A stretch of 33,153 nt of DNA from Lama guanicoe (lineage: Eukaryota). The notes under the pieces are model-generated. The model was not told the origin of the DNA, did no database searches, and was given only the letters and a program-made list of their open reading frames with translations. The translations under genes and the position numbers were made by a program. Below are positions 1-12,070 of the stretch, one piece after another. The stretch spans positions 1 to 33,153 of the forward strand of contig PNXV01000010.1 in NCBI GenBank assembly GCA_013239625.1, given 5' to 3'. How positions within the stretch are numbered: the first letter of the stretch is position 1; each line of letters starts with the position of its first letter.

Positions 1-9
1 GGTATAATG

Positions 10-190
10 GGGTTATGGATGTGGATTTGGTTCCTGGCTCTGCCGTTTGACCTATGGGTGATCTTAACCACTCCAACCCTACATTTCTCATTTTTTGAGC
101 AAGGATGATTCCTCCCTCTAGAGCCATTCTGTGGGTCACACCATGTAACATTTGTGAAGATCCAGCCGTGGTGCTGGCACGTGGTGAGGA
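10..190 (+). mobile_element. Degenerate MIR SINE
   Basis: ggttcctggctctgcc...gtgatctt...tttctcattt...ttgtgaagat...ctggcacgtggtgag resembles the MIR core and tail; boundaries approximate. Confidence 0.55.
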
Positions 191-206
191 TTCTAGTGAC
201 TTGTAT

Positions 207-239
207 GCCATGGTCACGCCGTGGTCACGCCATGGTCAT
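207..239. repeat. 11-bp tandem repeat x3 (GCCRTGGTCAY)
   Basis: gccatggtcac gccgtggtcac gccatggtcat. Confidence 0.9.
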
Positions 240-2086
240 GGCTCATCAATGTGGAGTTATCCTCGTGCCTGCAGGACACTGTCCCGGCGTCCACGTGGCC
301 CTGGCCTGGTGTACAACTTGATCTTTGTGACATTCCTCTCTGTCCTGTTTTCTTTCACTCCACTCACTCCCATTAATTTGGAAGAAGCCTGAGAAGCCTG
401 CAAAAGTATCATCAGGCAGTTTATCTATTTTAATTTGTGTCTGACCGAATATATGATGGGGAGGGAGATCGACTGAAAGATACTTTGGGAATTTGGCTTT
501 CCATGTCTCCTGTTAGCACAGAAAATTGAGAACCAGTGAGTCTCAGGACATTCTCCAAAATGAAAATGCTGTTTCGTGAATTGCCACCTGTGGTTGTTGC
601 TGCCATAAACTGGGAGTGAGAAATCACAGGTCTCTTGGAAAGAACAATCAAATCTGTGTGGTTTGCCCTGAAATAAAATAGGGAATACACAGGCTTTAAA
701 GCCTAGGATTTGGCATAATGCAAATGAAGCAAGTCATGAATCTGTAATCCTTTCACCCGCAGCTTTGAAGTCTTTATGGTTATTGCTGCTGAAGATGCTG
801 CTTTTTGGTTGATACAGGCAGGCTGCATCAACACCATTTAGAATAGCTGGAGGCTGACGTTTTAGAAGAAAAAGGGCAACCAGAGCAATTTCCCTGAGGG
901 TCCATGAATCCGAATTCTGTTGAATGTGACAGTTCCTCGATAACCCTGGGTTCTTCACAGAAACACGTGTGGGAGGTGCTGGAGCCTCGCTGTCCAGAGT
1001 GAGTCTAAGAATGAACTAGTCTTCAGTGTTTCTGGACCGAGAAAATACATCTCTGGGGTTTTAAAAAATATGTGGGTGTTCACGTGGGAAGGTAGGGATA
1101 AACTGCCAGCTTTGTTCTGCTCCTTCATTATTTCTTTGGATTTAAGTACCTGCATAATCGTTTCCCACCCTTTTGTGTTGGCTTCTTCTCTCCCCACCCC
1201 TGCCCTGGCTGTTGCTCTTGGGTAAAAGTGCTCTTATTAATCAGTTGGACTGTGGGATGATATGTCAGGGTTTAGAGTCAGTCTTTCCTCTGTCTATACC
1301 CATCTTACTCATTCCTTGAGCCTATTCACCTGAAAAGTATCAAAGAGGGAAGAAGACTCTAGGAAAGGAAGAACAGTGGTCGGCTAAGTCAGCATGGTTT
1401 GACTTAGGAAATGTTACCATCATGTTAGGGCAGATGCCTTTTTGCTTACAAGTGAAATGATGTAACATGTATGGTTGACATTTCCTGTTGAATTCTTGGT
1501 TCAGCATTTCAGTAGGAGGTACCAGATGAAACTCTGCCAGCCTTCATGGTTGGCATGTGTCTCCAGTGACGTAAAAACGACAGAATCTATGGAGTGGCAC
1601 ACTTGGTGCAGGTCATGGCGTGGCCATCCCAGGGTCTCCGCTCTGACTTGGGGTACTTCACCCCACCTGCAACTTCCTATGCTCTTCTAAAATAGCCACA
1701 AAATCCTCCAAATCTCTGTGCTATTTTCAGACCTGCTTCCACTTAAAATAATTAGTTTCAATCATTACTCACAAGATTAGTGCCTAATTTGGGACGAAGT
1801 ATTTTATTTGGCCTTAAACTGTCTCTTTTTTCGAGCTTCAGAGAATCTGTGTTCCAAGAATTACCAGGCTGTGTGCATCTCTCCAGGTGCATGGTAACCC
1901 GTGTGGAAAGGAGGCTGGAATAAACCCCACCCAGAGGCGGCCTCCCTGCTCCCGAGCTCATCCCGGGCTCCGTGAGCAGCAGCCCGGCTTCACAGCTGTC
2001 TCCCTGAATAGCGCCTGGTGCTTGTCGAATGAAAAGAGTGGTTCCTCTGCTTTACCTTAAACCATCTCACCCTTTGCCCAAGTCAC

Positions 2087-2595
2087 TTTTAAAATTATTG
2101 ATGTGAATTCTATACCATAAAACTGACTATTTTAGAGTCCACCTTAAAGTGAGTAATTCAGTGGCATTTAGTACCTTCACCGTGTTGTGCAGCCATTGCC
2201 TCTTTCTAGTTTCTGGTACCTGTTACGCGGTCACGCCGCATCCGTCCCTCCCCTTGGTGCCTGGTGACCACCATGCTGCTTTTTGTCCCTGTGGACCTGC
2301 CCATTCTGGATGTTTTATGTAGATAGAATCATCCAATCTGTGGCCTTTTGTGTCTGGCTTTTCTGCTCAGCCTGATGTTTCCGAGGCCTGTCAGTGATGT
2401 CGTGGGTATGAGTTCGGCTTTCCTTTGTGGTTCGATACTGTTCTAGCGTCCGGATATAGCGCATTCTATTTATCCACTCATTAATCGACAGACATTTGAA
2501 TTGTTTCCATCTTTCAGCCCTTGGGAATAGTGCTGCTGTGAACGTTCATGTACTGGTATTTGAGTCTGTTTTCAATTCTTCTGAGCCACGGTGTG
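2087..2595 (-). mobile_element. Old L1 (L1MB-like) 3'-end fragment
   Basis: gtggcatttagtaccttcaccgtgttgtgcagccat...cccattctggatgttttatgtagatagaatcatccaatctgtggccttttgtgtctggc...gaatagtgctgctgtgaacgttcatgtac is the typical antisense L1M 3' UTR. Confidence 0.8.
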
Positions 2596-2639
2596 CTTAT
2601 TTCCTGATTGTCTCTCACACCTGTCCACCGCTCTCCCTT

Positions 2640-3180
2640 TAGTCGAGCCTCCCTCATCTCTGGTGCCCTGGCTGGCTGGTCTGGCCCTTCCCTAGTCTGC
2701 ACTCTATGCTGTAGCCCTGTAGCCTTTTCAAAATGCAGAGCTGGTGTTTATGCCCTTCATTGATTTTTGAGGTTGCTCACAGGATAAGGCACAAACTCCT
2801 TTCAGGCCCACAGGGCCCAGCATAGCCAGGTCTCTAACTGTTCCTTTAAGCTCATCTCACCATTCTGCCCCTCACTATCTCTGCCGGAGCCACACTGACC
2901 TTTCTGTCCTACAGACTCTCCATGCCGGGCTCCACCACGGGCCCTTTGCACATGCTCCCCTGTTGCCTGGAATGCTCCTCTCCTCTTTGCCTGATTAACA
3001 CCTTCTCACCCCAGAGTTCTAAACTCACACCTCAGCTCTTCAGGGAAGCCTTCCCTAAGTCAGACTCACCCAACCCCACCCGTACCATCTTGGATGCCCA
3101 CAGGCTCTTAACTGTTCCTTTGTAGCACAAATTGCAGTTGCAATTTTACATTTGGAAGATTATTTCATTAATAACTGTGA
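2640..3180 (+). mobile_element. L2 LINE fragment (interrupted by a MIR, resumes about 3490)
   Basis: aggataaggcacaaactcc...gccacactgacc...gggccctttgcacatgctcccctgttgcctggaatgctc...cagggaagccttccct are L2 3'-region motifs. Confidence 0.75.
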
Positions 3181-3189
3181 CTACAGAGA

Positions 3190-3437
3190 CAGAAGGCAGC
3201 TGTATGCAGAGCATGGGTTCTGGAGCCAGACTATCAGGGTTCAAATGCTGGCTCTGTCCCTTACTGGCTGTGTGATCTTGGGCAAGTTAATTAACCTCTC
3301 TGTGCCTCTGTTTCCTCATGCATCAAATGAAGATCATAATAACACTTACCTTAGATGAATGTTGTGGGAATGAAATAAATTCATATGTGTTAAGTACCTG
3401 GCACTAGAATGACCTCAATAAAAGTACTTTTGCTATA
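3190..3437 (+). mobile_element. Near full-length MIR SINE
   Basis: gagcatgggttctggagccagac...gggttcaaatgctggctctgtcccttactggctgtgtgatcttgggcaagttaattaacctctctgtgcctctgtttcctcat is the MIR core. Confidence 0.9.
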
Positions 3438-3489
3438 ATTAAAAACAAAACAGAACTATGCCTACACTGCCACCCCAACACCCTTCTTC

Positions 3490-3623
3490 CCCAGACTGTA
3501 AGCTCAGTGGGCAGGGAAGCTCAGGGGGCAAGTCTCTTTTGCTCATTGTTATAGCTCTAGAATTTAGTCCAGGATGACCATGTGGTCAGTGCTTATTAAG
3601 TTTTTATTGAATGATTGGATGAA
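3490..3623 (+). mobile_element. L2 3' terminus
   Basis: ccagactgtaagctc...ggcaggga...gtgcttattaagtttttattgaatgattggatgaa is the L2 tail. Confidence 0.7.
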
Positions 3624-4904
3624 CCCATTCCCTTCTTCACAGAGACCATTACACTACGGTGTCCCGTCTGTCTGTCCGTCTCTGCACTTTTAGGGGGCTC
3701 TCCCTTCCAGCACGCAACTTGATGGCGTTTGGCCGCAACCCTGCTCCTGCCCACTTCCTCATCTGGCGTGTTTGAGGAATTGTTGAAGGCGGGGAGCCTT
3801 TGTCCCTGGCTCTGTCCTGAGGGTGTGGCCCAGTCAATGGGACAACTGCAGGAACACAGAAGGCTTGCTGGGCGCCGGGCCATGTGCTCCCTGCTTCAGA
3901 CATACCAAACGAGAGAGGCGGGAGTGATTTCTGTCCCCGTGTTACAGACGAGGATTAAGAGTCTTAGCATCTGGAGACATTTGGAGAAGAGCCTCTGGAA
4001 GTGTCCCTGAAGGGCAGAAATAAGGGATGATGAGGACGGTGGCAGCACAGGAGTGTGGAACCCCCACGCGAGGGTCCTGGGCCCTGTGCCTCTCCCTCCC
4101 TGTTCTAACCTGGCTTCCAGCTCCACAAAACCTTCAACTCCTTACTCTCCATTTTATAATCGCCCTTGCAAAGAAATCTAATTGCCCTGACAAGGCCGCC
4201 CCCCCACCTCCGTCCTGGCCCTGCTTATGTTTAACTATCTCAGTCAGGAAACGTGTGCTGAGTAACTTCTGGGAGCACAGAGGAGAGGCCAGCAGAACCA
4301 GCAGCCGCTCTGTTGACAGGAGTGCATGTGGGTGTCACTTCCCTGGGCTCTGAGAAAGCTGCTAACGATCAGCTGGTTGTGGAGGCTGAGGAAATGCCTC
4401 CTTGTTTGCTTTGTATCTTCCTCAGCGTGGTAAGAATGTGTAAACAAGGACGAACAGTCCTCCAGAGTCCTTTCGGGTCCCTGTGAAAGAGCATGTACAT
4501 GGAGCTGACCTAGCGGGGCTCGCGGGCGGAGTGACAAAAGGGCCGTGAGTCCATTGCTTCTCCCGACAGACGGAGAGGGACGGCCATGAGCCATTAGAGC
4601 AGGGGCTGCCCTAGGAAGCTCTGAATGCTTGGCTGTGTGTCCTGCTGGTGCCTGACCCTACCAGAAGGAAGGCGGCAGCCTGATGTGCTGACCTCCCTGG
4701 GAGAGCAGTGTCCCCAGGCCATGCAGCCTGGCACATTGGGAAGCTGACATTAGCAGCATGGTGGCCGTGCAGCTTTTAGCTCCAGGGAACCCCAAATCTG
4801 GGATGCGTGGGTGTGCATTGTCACGTGGGGTGCGTTGGTTTAACATGCGTTTCCGGGGCCTTCTCTCCTACGTGCATTTGAGCATTAGGCTTGGCTACCC
4901 CAGG

Positions 4905-5082
4905 TTTCATCCTGCCCGGCCCACTGGCCGGCAGTGAGTGACCTTGCTGTGTTCCCTTTCTGAACTGTGCTTTCCCCACGTGTCAAATGAGAGAATTATT
5001 AACTGCCTCCCTTGGTTGGCATTAGGATTAAAGGTGATAATATGTGAAAAGTGCCAAATAGTTGGCACTTAGGAAACATTCG
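4905..5082 (+). mobile_element. MIR SINE fragment
   Basis: gtgaccttg...tttccccacgtgtcaaatgagagaatt...attaggattaaaggtgataatatgtgaaaagtgcc. Confidence 0.7.
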
Positions 5083-6112
5083 TCCCCTTTCCTCCCCTTC
5101 CTCCTGCTTCTGGGTCTCGGTTTTTCAGAGCATTCAGGAGCTAACCTGGTCATAGATTATTGGCCACCTATGTTTTCTTACTGTTGCTGGATTTACCCAA
5201 ACTGAACCTACTGGAATGACTACCTGTTAGTAAGTAAGTTATATTTTGGCAGTTTAGCAAAGGATCTTCCCATGGGGCGTAGGGCACGTTAAGGAAAACA
5301 ACTGATGCTATGTTTTGGCAGAGTGGACTGTCCTCTTCCTGTTTGGGAGAAAGCCTTTGGAACGTTAACCCAGTCATCGCAACCCACTTCTTCGTGGAGT
5401 TCACGTGGCGATTATCACAGAAAGAGGGAAGAAGGAGTTTTAATGCTTATGAGAATCCCGTGTTTTCTCTGCCATTTTTACACTTCTTTGCCCGCATGCT
5501 CCCACCTTTCCCTGTTCTCCACCCTCTCCTCCTCGTGTCCTAGCATCAGGCAGTTGCAGGACTCAGAAGAGCCTCTGGCGGGGTCCTCTCCTCGTATCCT
5601 TGCACTTTACACGTGGGGAGACTGAGACCCAGGATGTCAGATGACAGGCCCAGGGTCCCGAGCTCCTCCGTGCTCCTCTTCTTCCAGCCCCTGGAGGTGG
5701 CCCTCTGAGGAGACTACCAAGGCTCCAAAGAAACAAGCCCACCTCTTTCTTTCAATATGAGGAAATGATAGTTGCCCAGTGAGCCTCCAAGGGGCGGAGG
5801 AATCCCTGCCCCACCATCCCGCAGACCCCTGGGCCCTGGGAAAGGATCTTAGAGGCAGGGCTGCAGCAGGATCCTTTTGGCCATGGTGAGCCACTTTTAC
5901 TTACGAGTAATATGTCTTCCTTCTGGTATGTGGGCGAAGCAGACAATTTGAGAACGAGCTGTTCTGAAAAGAAAAGAAAAAAAAAGACCCGTGAGGCAGA
6001 ATTCAGATGTGGAGGGCTCTCGCAGGAAGCTTTTGTTTTCCTTTGAAATTTTGGGGAGAAAGGATCTAAGGATTCGCTAAAGGTGGGCTGGCCCCACCCC
6101 CTGCAGCCTGCC

Positions 6113-6152
6113 CCTGCCCCACCTGCCCCACCTGCCCGACCTGCCCCACCTG
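6113..6152. repeat. 9-bp tandem repeat (CCTGCCCCA) x4.4
   Basis: cctgcccca cctgcccca cctgcccga cctgcccca cctg. Confidence 0.85.
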
Positions 6153-6349
6153 TCCTGTCCGGGCCTGGAGGTGGAGCATCAGGAGACAGACCTCAGTTCA
6201 GACCCTACCTCTTAACTCTTTTATCAGCCATGTAATCTTGAATGTGAACTCATTTTGGGGCATAACCTTTCCAGGCTGTACTCGTGAAGAACTGGTAGAG
6301 TGAGCGCTGTGGGGGGCCAGGGGCGGTGTGTAAAACGGGAAGGCTCTGG

Positions 6350-6500
6350 AGCAGGCTTCTCAGAGCTGGCTGAGCTCATGAACCCTCCCCACCTCCGGGA
6401 GCTTGGGAAAATACAGATCCCAGTGCAGGAGGTCTGAGCTGGGCCTGAGAGCTTGCACTTCTAACATACTGGTCCACAGCCCACACTCTGAGTAGCAAGG
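6350..6500. mobile_element. MER5-type hAT-Charlie DNA transposon remnant
   Basis: ggagcttgggaaaatacagatccc...gggcctgagagcttgcacttctaaca...cccacactctgagtagcaagg. Confidence 0.65.
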
Positions 6501-6909
6501 ACCCAAAAGATGCTCCCATCCTTAGGTTTGCTGCGAACTGTAGGTGCAAACAGACAGCTATGTCAACAAGCTGGCAAGTCTTTTTTCAGCCCTAGAAATA
6601 GAAGAGAATACCTGCCCCTTACCTGACGCTGATCATGAAAGTTTAGGCATAGGGGGCTTTCGGCCATCAGCAGTCTTCTCCCTGGTCCCTTATATTGTTA
6701 ATTGTCCCCAATAACATGAGAAATACTGAAGAAGAGGGCAGGGAAAGGGACGATCTACTCTGTGGGCCCAGAGAGGTCATCAAGGACCTTACAAAATACC
6801 TTACATACCTCAGGGTTCAGGAGTTATGGTTCCTTATCTCCCAGAGTTTCCCTGTGTGGAGCGTCTTTCAGGTATAAAGCAAAGAAAAAGGAGAACGTCT
6901 TTCCTTCAT

Positions 6910-7045
6910 CAGTAACACCAACTTGCATCTCGAGTCAGAGTCGCCTGGAGGGGCTGTTAAAGCACAGATTTCCAGGCTCCTCGCTGGGGATTCTAATTCA
7001 ATAGCATGTTCAGATCCCAGGGGATACCGATGAGCACACTTGGAC
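6910..7045. mobile_element. MER5-type DNA transposon remnant
   Basis: tcagagtcgcctggaggggctgttaaagcacagatttccaggctcctcgctggggattctaattcaatag. Confidence 0.6.
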
Positions 7046-8357
7046 TAGCACCACGTGAGTCCCCAAAGCCTGTCTGTAGGAGTGGTGCACGTGGGAAACA
7101 TGCCAGCCTGTGCCCCCTCTTCCCGGTTCTCACCCTGCCGATCACAGTGGCTTTGCCAGGAGTGGGCATGTTTACGCTGCACTGGGGTTTGCGGCGTGAA
7201 CGAGAGGTTCATCTGTCTCCAGATGTCTGAAGGTCCTGCGAGGGTTAGGAGAGATGAGATTTCCGGCTGCCTGCAGATGGCTCTTCCTAGCACAGCGGGC
7301 CCCGAGAGGCTGAGGCTCTGTAATGTGGCTGGTTGGCTGATCACCTGGGGGGGATGTTTAAAAATAGAGCTTCCTGGGGTACATCCTAGGAGACTCGGGC
7401 CAGCAGCCAGGCTTGGGACCCCCTGCGTGGAGAGCAGCGAGGCACCAGATGGGCAGTGGAGAGCTGCTCTCACTTTTAACGATTCCTGGATTCAGCTCTA
7501 ATGATTACTCTGCTGAGCAAATGATTCCCCAGCAGGAAATTGGACCATTTGTAAGTACATTTCCTCGCTGGATCCCTAAAGTCAGAGTTGATAAATTCCT
7601 CTTGCATTTTCCAAAGTGGTTCATTTCTCTCCCAGGGATAGTTACCAGCCAGGACCATCTGGCCATGGGGGTTCATCTGGGGTGAAGCGTCCCTCGGGAA
7701 TAACACTGTCCACGGCCTCTGGGCAGTGTTGAAAGGGGAGTGGACAACAGTCACCGATGAGCAAATCCCAGAGAGAGCACTTCCCAGGCAAACTCAAAGT
7801 CAGGTTAAAATTGAGGCAATGTTAGATAATTAGCTTCAAGGAGCAGTCCCTCCTCTCATTTATCACACGTGGATTTGAGGACGGTGGTCTTCCCTGGAGT
7901 CTCCTGGTTCACCAGGAGATGCTTTCAGAGCGTCACTGGGCGCCATGCGCTGTGCCAGGTGGGCTGCATGAAGGTGACTCGGGTACAGTCCCTTCCCTTA
8001 TGGCAACCACTGTTGGCGAGAGGCAGGCACTTAACATCTAACTGTAAAGGCAGCTTAACTCCTAGAGCAGCGTGTATCTGGAGCAGCCTCCCAGCACGCT
8101 CCACCCTTGCCCGGTCTCATTTTCTCCATAGCAGTTGCCACAGAAATGACTGGCTGAGTACTTGCTTATGCCTCATCTTCCCTCTTACAGCATAAGCAAC
8201 AGGAGAGCAAAGAGCAGACCGTTAGATCCTGCCATCTCTCGGCCACTGGATGTGAGCGCCTCAGGAGGGGCACAAGTGCTGCTCTCTGCAGCTGAGGCCT
8301 TCCAGGAAGGGGCTGCCCCAAATCTGGGGCAGATGCTTTGGGAGGAGGTAGCAGCTA

Positions 8358-8535
8358 CAGTGGTTCTCAGACATTAGCAGGCATCAGGATTACCTGGAGG
8401 GCTTGTTAAAACACAGATCACTGGGCCTCACCCTAGAGTTTCTGATCCAGTAGGTCTAGGATGGGGCCAGAACTTTTCTAACAAGTTCCCAGGTGATGCT
8501 GATGCTCCTGGGCCCAGGACCACACTTCGAGGGGT
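8358..8535. mobile_element. MER5A hAT-Charlie DNA transposon, near full length
   Basis: cagtggttctcagac...gcatcaggattacctggagggcttgttaaaacacagat...tttctaacaagttcccaggtgatgctgatgct...ggaccacactt. Confidence 0.88.
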
Positions 8536-8559
8536 GGGGCATCAGTGCAGCCGTCACAA

Positions 8560-9280
8560 CTGACCCAGCGGACAGGTGGAAGGTGACCAGGTAACAGAGG
8601 CAGGGAGACTTCTTAAAAGTGACCCAGGTGAGAGGAGATGGGGCTCTGAAACAGGCCACAGCAGTGGGACTGGAAGAAGAAAGAGGGTGCTCCAGACACA
8701 CGTGATGATGGGCGGGGCTGGATGCAAGATGGGACACAGGAGGAGAGGCAAGAGTCAGAGCAGCCGGAAGGATGCAAATGCCAGGAACCAGGATGGGCAT
8801 GGGGTGGGGCAGAGGAATGGCATGTTCCTTTGGGACCTGCTGCTGGGTTTTCACTTCTATAGAGACCTCCAGATGGGAATGTTAAAAAGGAAGTTGAAAT
8901 GCAATTCACAACTCATGAGGGAAATCTGAGCTGCAGGTATAGATTTGAGGGCCTTTGGGGTAGAGGTGTAAGCTGAAGCCGTGGGGCTGAGTAAGATTAG
9001 GTAAGGCTGGCTCATTAAAGAAAGAGCAGTGATGCCCCAGAAGGAAGCCAAGAGACTCGCTTGGAGTGCCGGGCAGAGACAGAGAGGAGTGGGGTGCTCC
9101 GAGGTGCATGAAGCAAAGGGACAGGAGGGTGTCACTGGGAAGGGGCAGTACCAGATGTCAGGGCATCTCAAAAACTGAGCCCGTATCTGAAAAATTCGAG
9201 GACCCCTCAAAGTAGCCATCCCCAAGCGGCGGGGTTGCATGTGAGGCGTGAATTAGAGGAACTGGTCCACACACTTTCAA
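8560..9280 (-). mobile_element. Degenerate L2 LINE fragment
   Basis: Purine-rich antisense L2 motifs such as gcaagagtcagag...gaaatctgagctgcaggtatagatttgagggcctttggggtagaggtgtaagctgaagccgtgggg. Confidence 0.6.
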
Positions 9281-9509
9281 GCCCATAGTTTTTCAACTCC
9301 TCATTTTACTTTGCCTGTGCAGTTTTAGTTTTCCTTGACGATAAAGTCGCCTTCTGGTTCCATATTGGTGGAACACGCACAAGCAGAAAGAATCTCACCC
9401 TGTAGACACACGTGGGGCGTAGGAACCATCACGACAGGAGGCGTTTCTTCTCAGAGCAAAACCAAGGTGGACAGTATGATGGCTCATGGTGAAGCTAGGG
9501 GTCAGCTGG

Positions 9510-9658
9510 TTTTTCTTCAGTTGAGGCATAATTGACTTACAATATTGTATTTGTCGCAGATATACCACATAGTGGTTTGATATTTTTATACATTATGAAA
9601 TGATCACATTGTCTAGTTACCATTTTTCATCATGCAAGTTATTTCACTATTATCAACT
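9510..9658 (-). mobile_element. L1 (L1MA9-like) extreme 3'-end fragment
   Basis: ttgaggcataattgacttacaatattgtatttg...catagtggtttgatatttttatacattatgaaatgatcac...tctagttaccat. Confidence 0.75.
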
Positions 9659-10072
9659 AAATTCTGGGGGCAGTTTTTGCACCTCTAAGCTCCACGGTGG
9701 GAAGACAAGACACCATGTATTCATCTTTTTTCCTCTGCATCTGATACTGATGTAGACCCTCGTGGAACCTTGAAACCCCTAGTGTTGCAAGAATTAAACG
9801 TATTCTGACAACTTGTTTTGAACTATTTGCGGTAAAATGCTGCAAAGAGAGTCGATTGCTGTGAACTGAGTGTCCCCAGGTGATAATTGTGTATTTCATA
9901 GGTGGACAGTTTGTTTAATTTGTGGTACCTGTTTTGTCGTCTGGGTCTTTGCAGACCCTGGTTTTTGAGAACACGGGGATGGAATCTGATGAGTCTCTGA
10001 TGAGTCAGGATCGAGGTTTACTGGCTCTGCCTGCTGTGAGAACACACACCAACCTGTGCTCTGTCTTCACAG

Positions 10073-10183
10073 TTCTGTACGGAGCTCAACCAGCCAATCC
10101 TGCCCAACATCCGCAAGTGGAAGGGGCCCCGAGGATGCTGGAAGTTCATTGTTTCAGAGACGCCCTCGACTCAGCTCCAGAAG
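10073..10183 (+). CDS. EEPD1: EEPD1 exon (human exon 4 equivalent), 111 nt, phase 0-0, open
   Basis: ctgtcttcacag|TTCTGTACG...CTCCAGAAG|gtatcc; translates FCTELNQPILPNIRKWKGPRGCWKFIVSETPSTQLQK. Confidence 0.95.
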
Positions 10184-10973
10184 GTATCCTCATCTGCAGA
10201 ACTTGGATTTTCTTCCCATTTTCTTTTCCTCCCAACCCTAGACATTTAAATGTTTCCTTTGCCAACATCCTTGGTGTGATTTTGTATTTCTGCCCACTTT
10301 TTAGCTCTTTGCCATTCATTTCAAAATGCCCTGGTTCTCGTTTCCTGTTTGGATCGGGAAGGGACTGCCGCCCAGCGGAAATGGGAGTTTGGGTGTTGGG
10401 AGGAGAGGAGAAATCCTGTCTGGAACCAAGGCCACAAGTAGGGTATTTCTGTCCTTTGTGCTCATAATCCCTTCTCCACGGTTCCAGCCGCTGCCAAGTT
10501 TGTGGCGAGCCCATGTTCATTGACTGAAAACTTCAGACCCACTTAATTGCGTGTGCACTCTTGGCTTTCAGTGGGAGGAACTGTGCACGTGGAAATGGTC
10601 TGTGGGAATTTTCAGCCGATTTTAATTTTGCATGTTCTTTCAGTAGGATCACCCATCTGGGTTTGGGTAAATCTCTGTATATATAGATTTTCACTCTGGC
10701 ATATCATATTCAAGATCGGTTTTTATTCACTTGAAATGTTCAGTATCAGTGGAGTTGTAGATTTAAAAAAAAAAACCCGGCTAATTATGAGTGGAAAAAA
10801 TGTATCATCATATAATTTTTCTATAAATGCAGATGCTATATTTTTTTCTCTCTAGTATTCCTAGTATGCTGGTAAACACACATGAATGGTGCTTAGCTGA
10901 GTGATGTTGAGATTTGAGGCTTTTAACTGATAAATGTTTACTGGATTAAAAGTATCCAGTCATTTATTGACAG

Positions 10974-11410
10974 TAAGCTCTCTTTTTAGCTACACCTTAA
11001 AGTGTGACCTATGTTCTATTTCTCTGGCTTTTGGAGTGTGTAAATGGTTGCTGTAGGTGGGAGCCAGCGTGCATTCACAGGAGGCTGGAAATACTGTCAA
11101 ACTGGAATGTATCTGGTCTTTACCACTCAAGCCCACAGCTGTCCCTTCTCAGTCCACATGAAAATAACAATAATGCCCCTTTCCTTTTTTTATAAGCTTT
11201 CTTTTTAGCTACACCTTAAAGTGTGACCTATGTTGTATTTCTCTGGGTTTTGGAGTGTAAATGGTTGCTGTAGGTGGGAGCCAGCGTGCATTCACAGGAG
11301 GCTGGAAATACTGTCAAACTGGAATGTGTCTGGTCTTTACCACTCAAGCCCACAGCTGTCCCTTCTCAGCCCACATGAAAATAACAATAATACCCCTTTC
11401 CTTTTTTTTA
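10974..11410. repeat. Direct tandem duplication, period 219 bp (10974-11192 / 11193-11410), about 96-97% identical
   Basis: Both copies begin taagct(c/t)tctttttagctacaccttaaagtgtgacc; 6 substitutions and 2 small indels by manual alignment. Confidence 0.97.
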
Positions 11411-11689
11411 ATAGCACTTCTCACATAGGTAGGTTCACAAGGCTCTTAACAGCGCATTTAACGCTTTTTATTCATTCATATCCAACAAATCATTAGAAAG
11501 GTGACTGCATGCCAGGCACTGTGTTACAAGCCAGATCTATATGGTGACAAAAACAGACCCAGCCACCCAGCCCAGCCTGTTTTCATTCTTTGCGTGTCCG
11601 GGGATCCGAACCTGAGCCTGACGGAGCCTGTGGTGGGGACAGGCCGGGTAACCATACTGCAGGTAGGGTGTCAGGGCTGTTGGAGAACA

Positions 11690-11830
11690 GCAGGGAGGCC
11701 CAAGTTCAAGCCACTTAAACCTCTCAGCTTCAAGTCCTTCATCTGTAAAACGGGAGCAACTAGCCCTCTCTTCACTCACAGGACGGCTGTAGGATTTAGA
11801 AAGATAACGTGCATTGAATGCTTGATTAAC
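11690..11830 (+). mobile_element. MIR SINE fragment
   Basis: caagccacttaaacctctcagcttcaagtccttcatctgtaaaacgggag...ggctgtaggatttagaaagataacgtg. Confidence 0.75.
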
Positions 11831-11914
11831 AGGCACGGGCGGCAGACAGGCCCGGTGGTGCTGGGCGGGGAGCAGGTGCCTGTCTCAGGTTGCCATGGAG
11901 AGTTGTGGGCCAGT

Positions 11915-12070
11915 GGACAAATCTCCTGGTTTCTCAAAAGGTGCCAATATCTGGATTTTAATGTGAAACTTCCTGAATTTTAAATGTGGGTAGATCATTT
12001 TAAAATTATTTTAAACACTGTCTGGATGTAACAAACAGTGTGCAAGTCACAAATGTGCCACCTGGACCGC
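11915..12070. mobile_element. MER103-like hAT-Charlie DNA transposon fragment
   Basis: gccaatatctggattttaatgtgaaacttcctgaattttaaatgt...ttttaaacactgt resembles the MER103C internal sequence. Confidence 0.65.

Noticed and set aside
207..239. Short direct repeats as a possible CRISPR-like or functional array
   Set aside because: Three contiguous 11-mers without spacers in mammalian DNA; an ordinary slippage minisatellite.
5544..5595. Polypyrimidine tract + tag|catcagg..., resembling the start of the short upstream EEPD1 exon (S-IKLLAVQELLDREALEK)
   Set aside because: Translation (IRQLQDSEEPLAG) diverges after two codons and there is no good donor at the expected length; the true exon is probably upstream of the window.
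9922..10467. 181-aa ORF overlapping the 111-nt exon
   Set aside because: It is in a different frame from the EEPD1 exon and has no recognisable homology.
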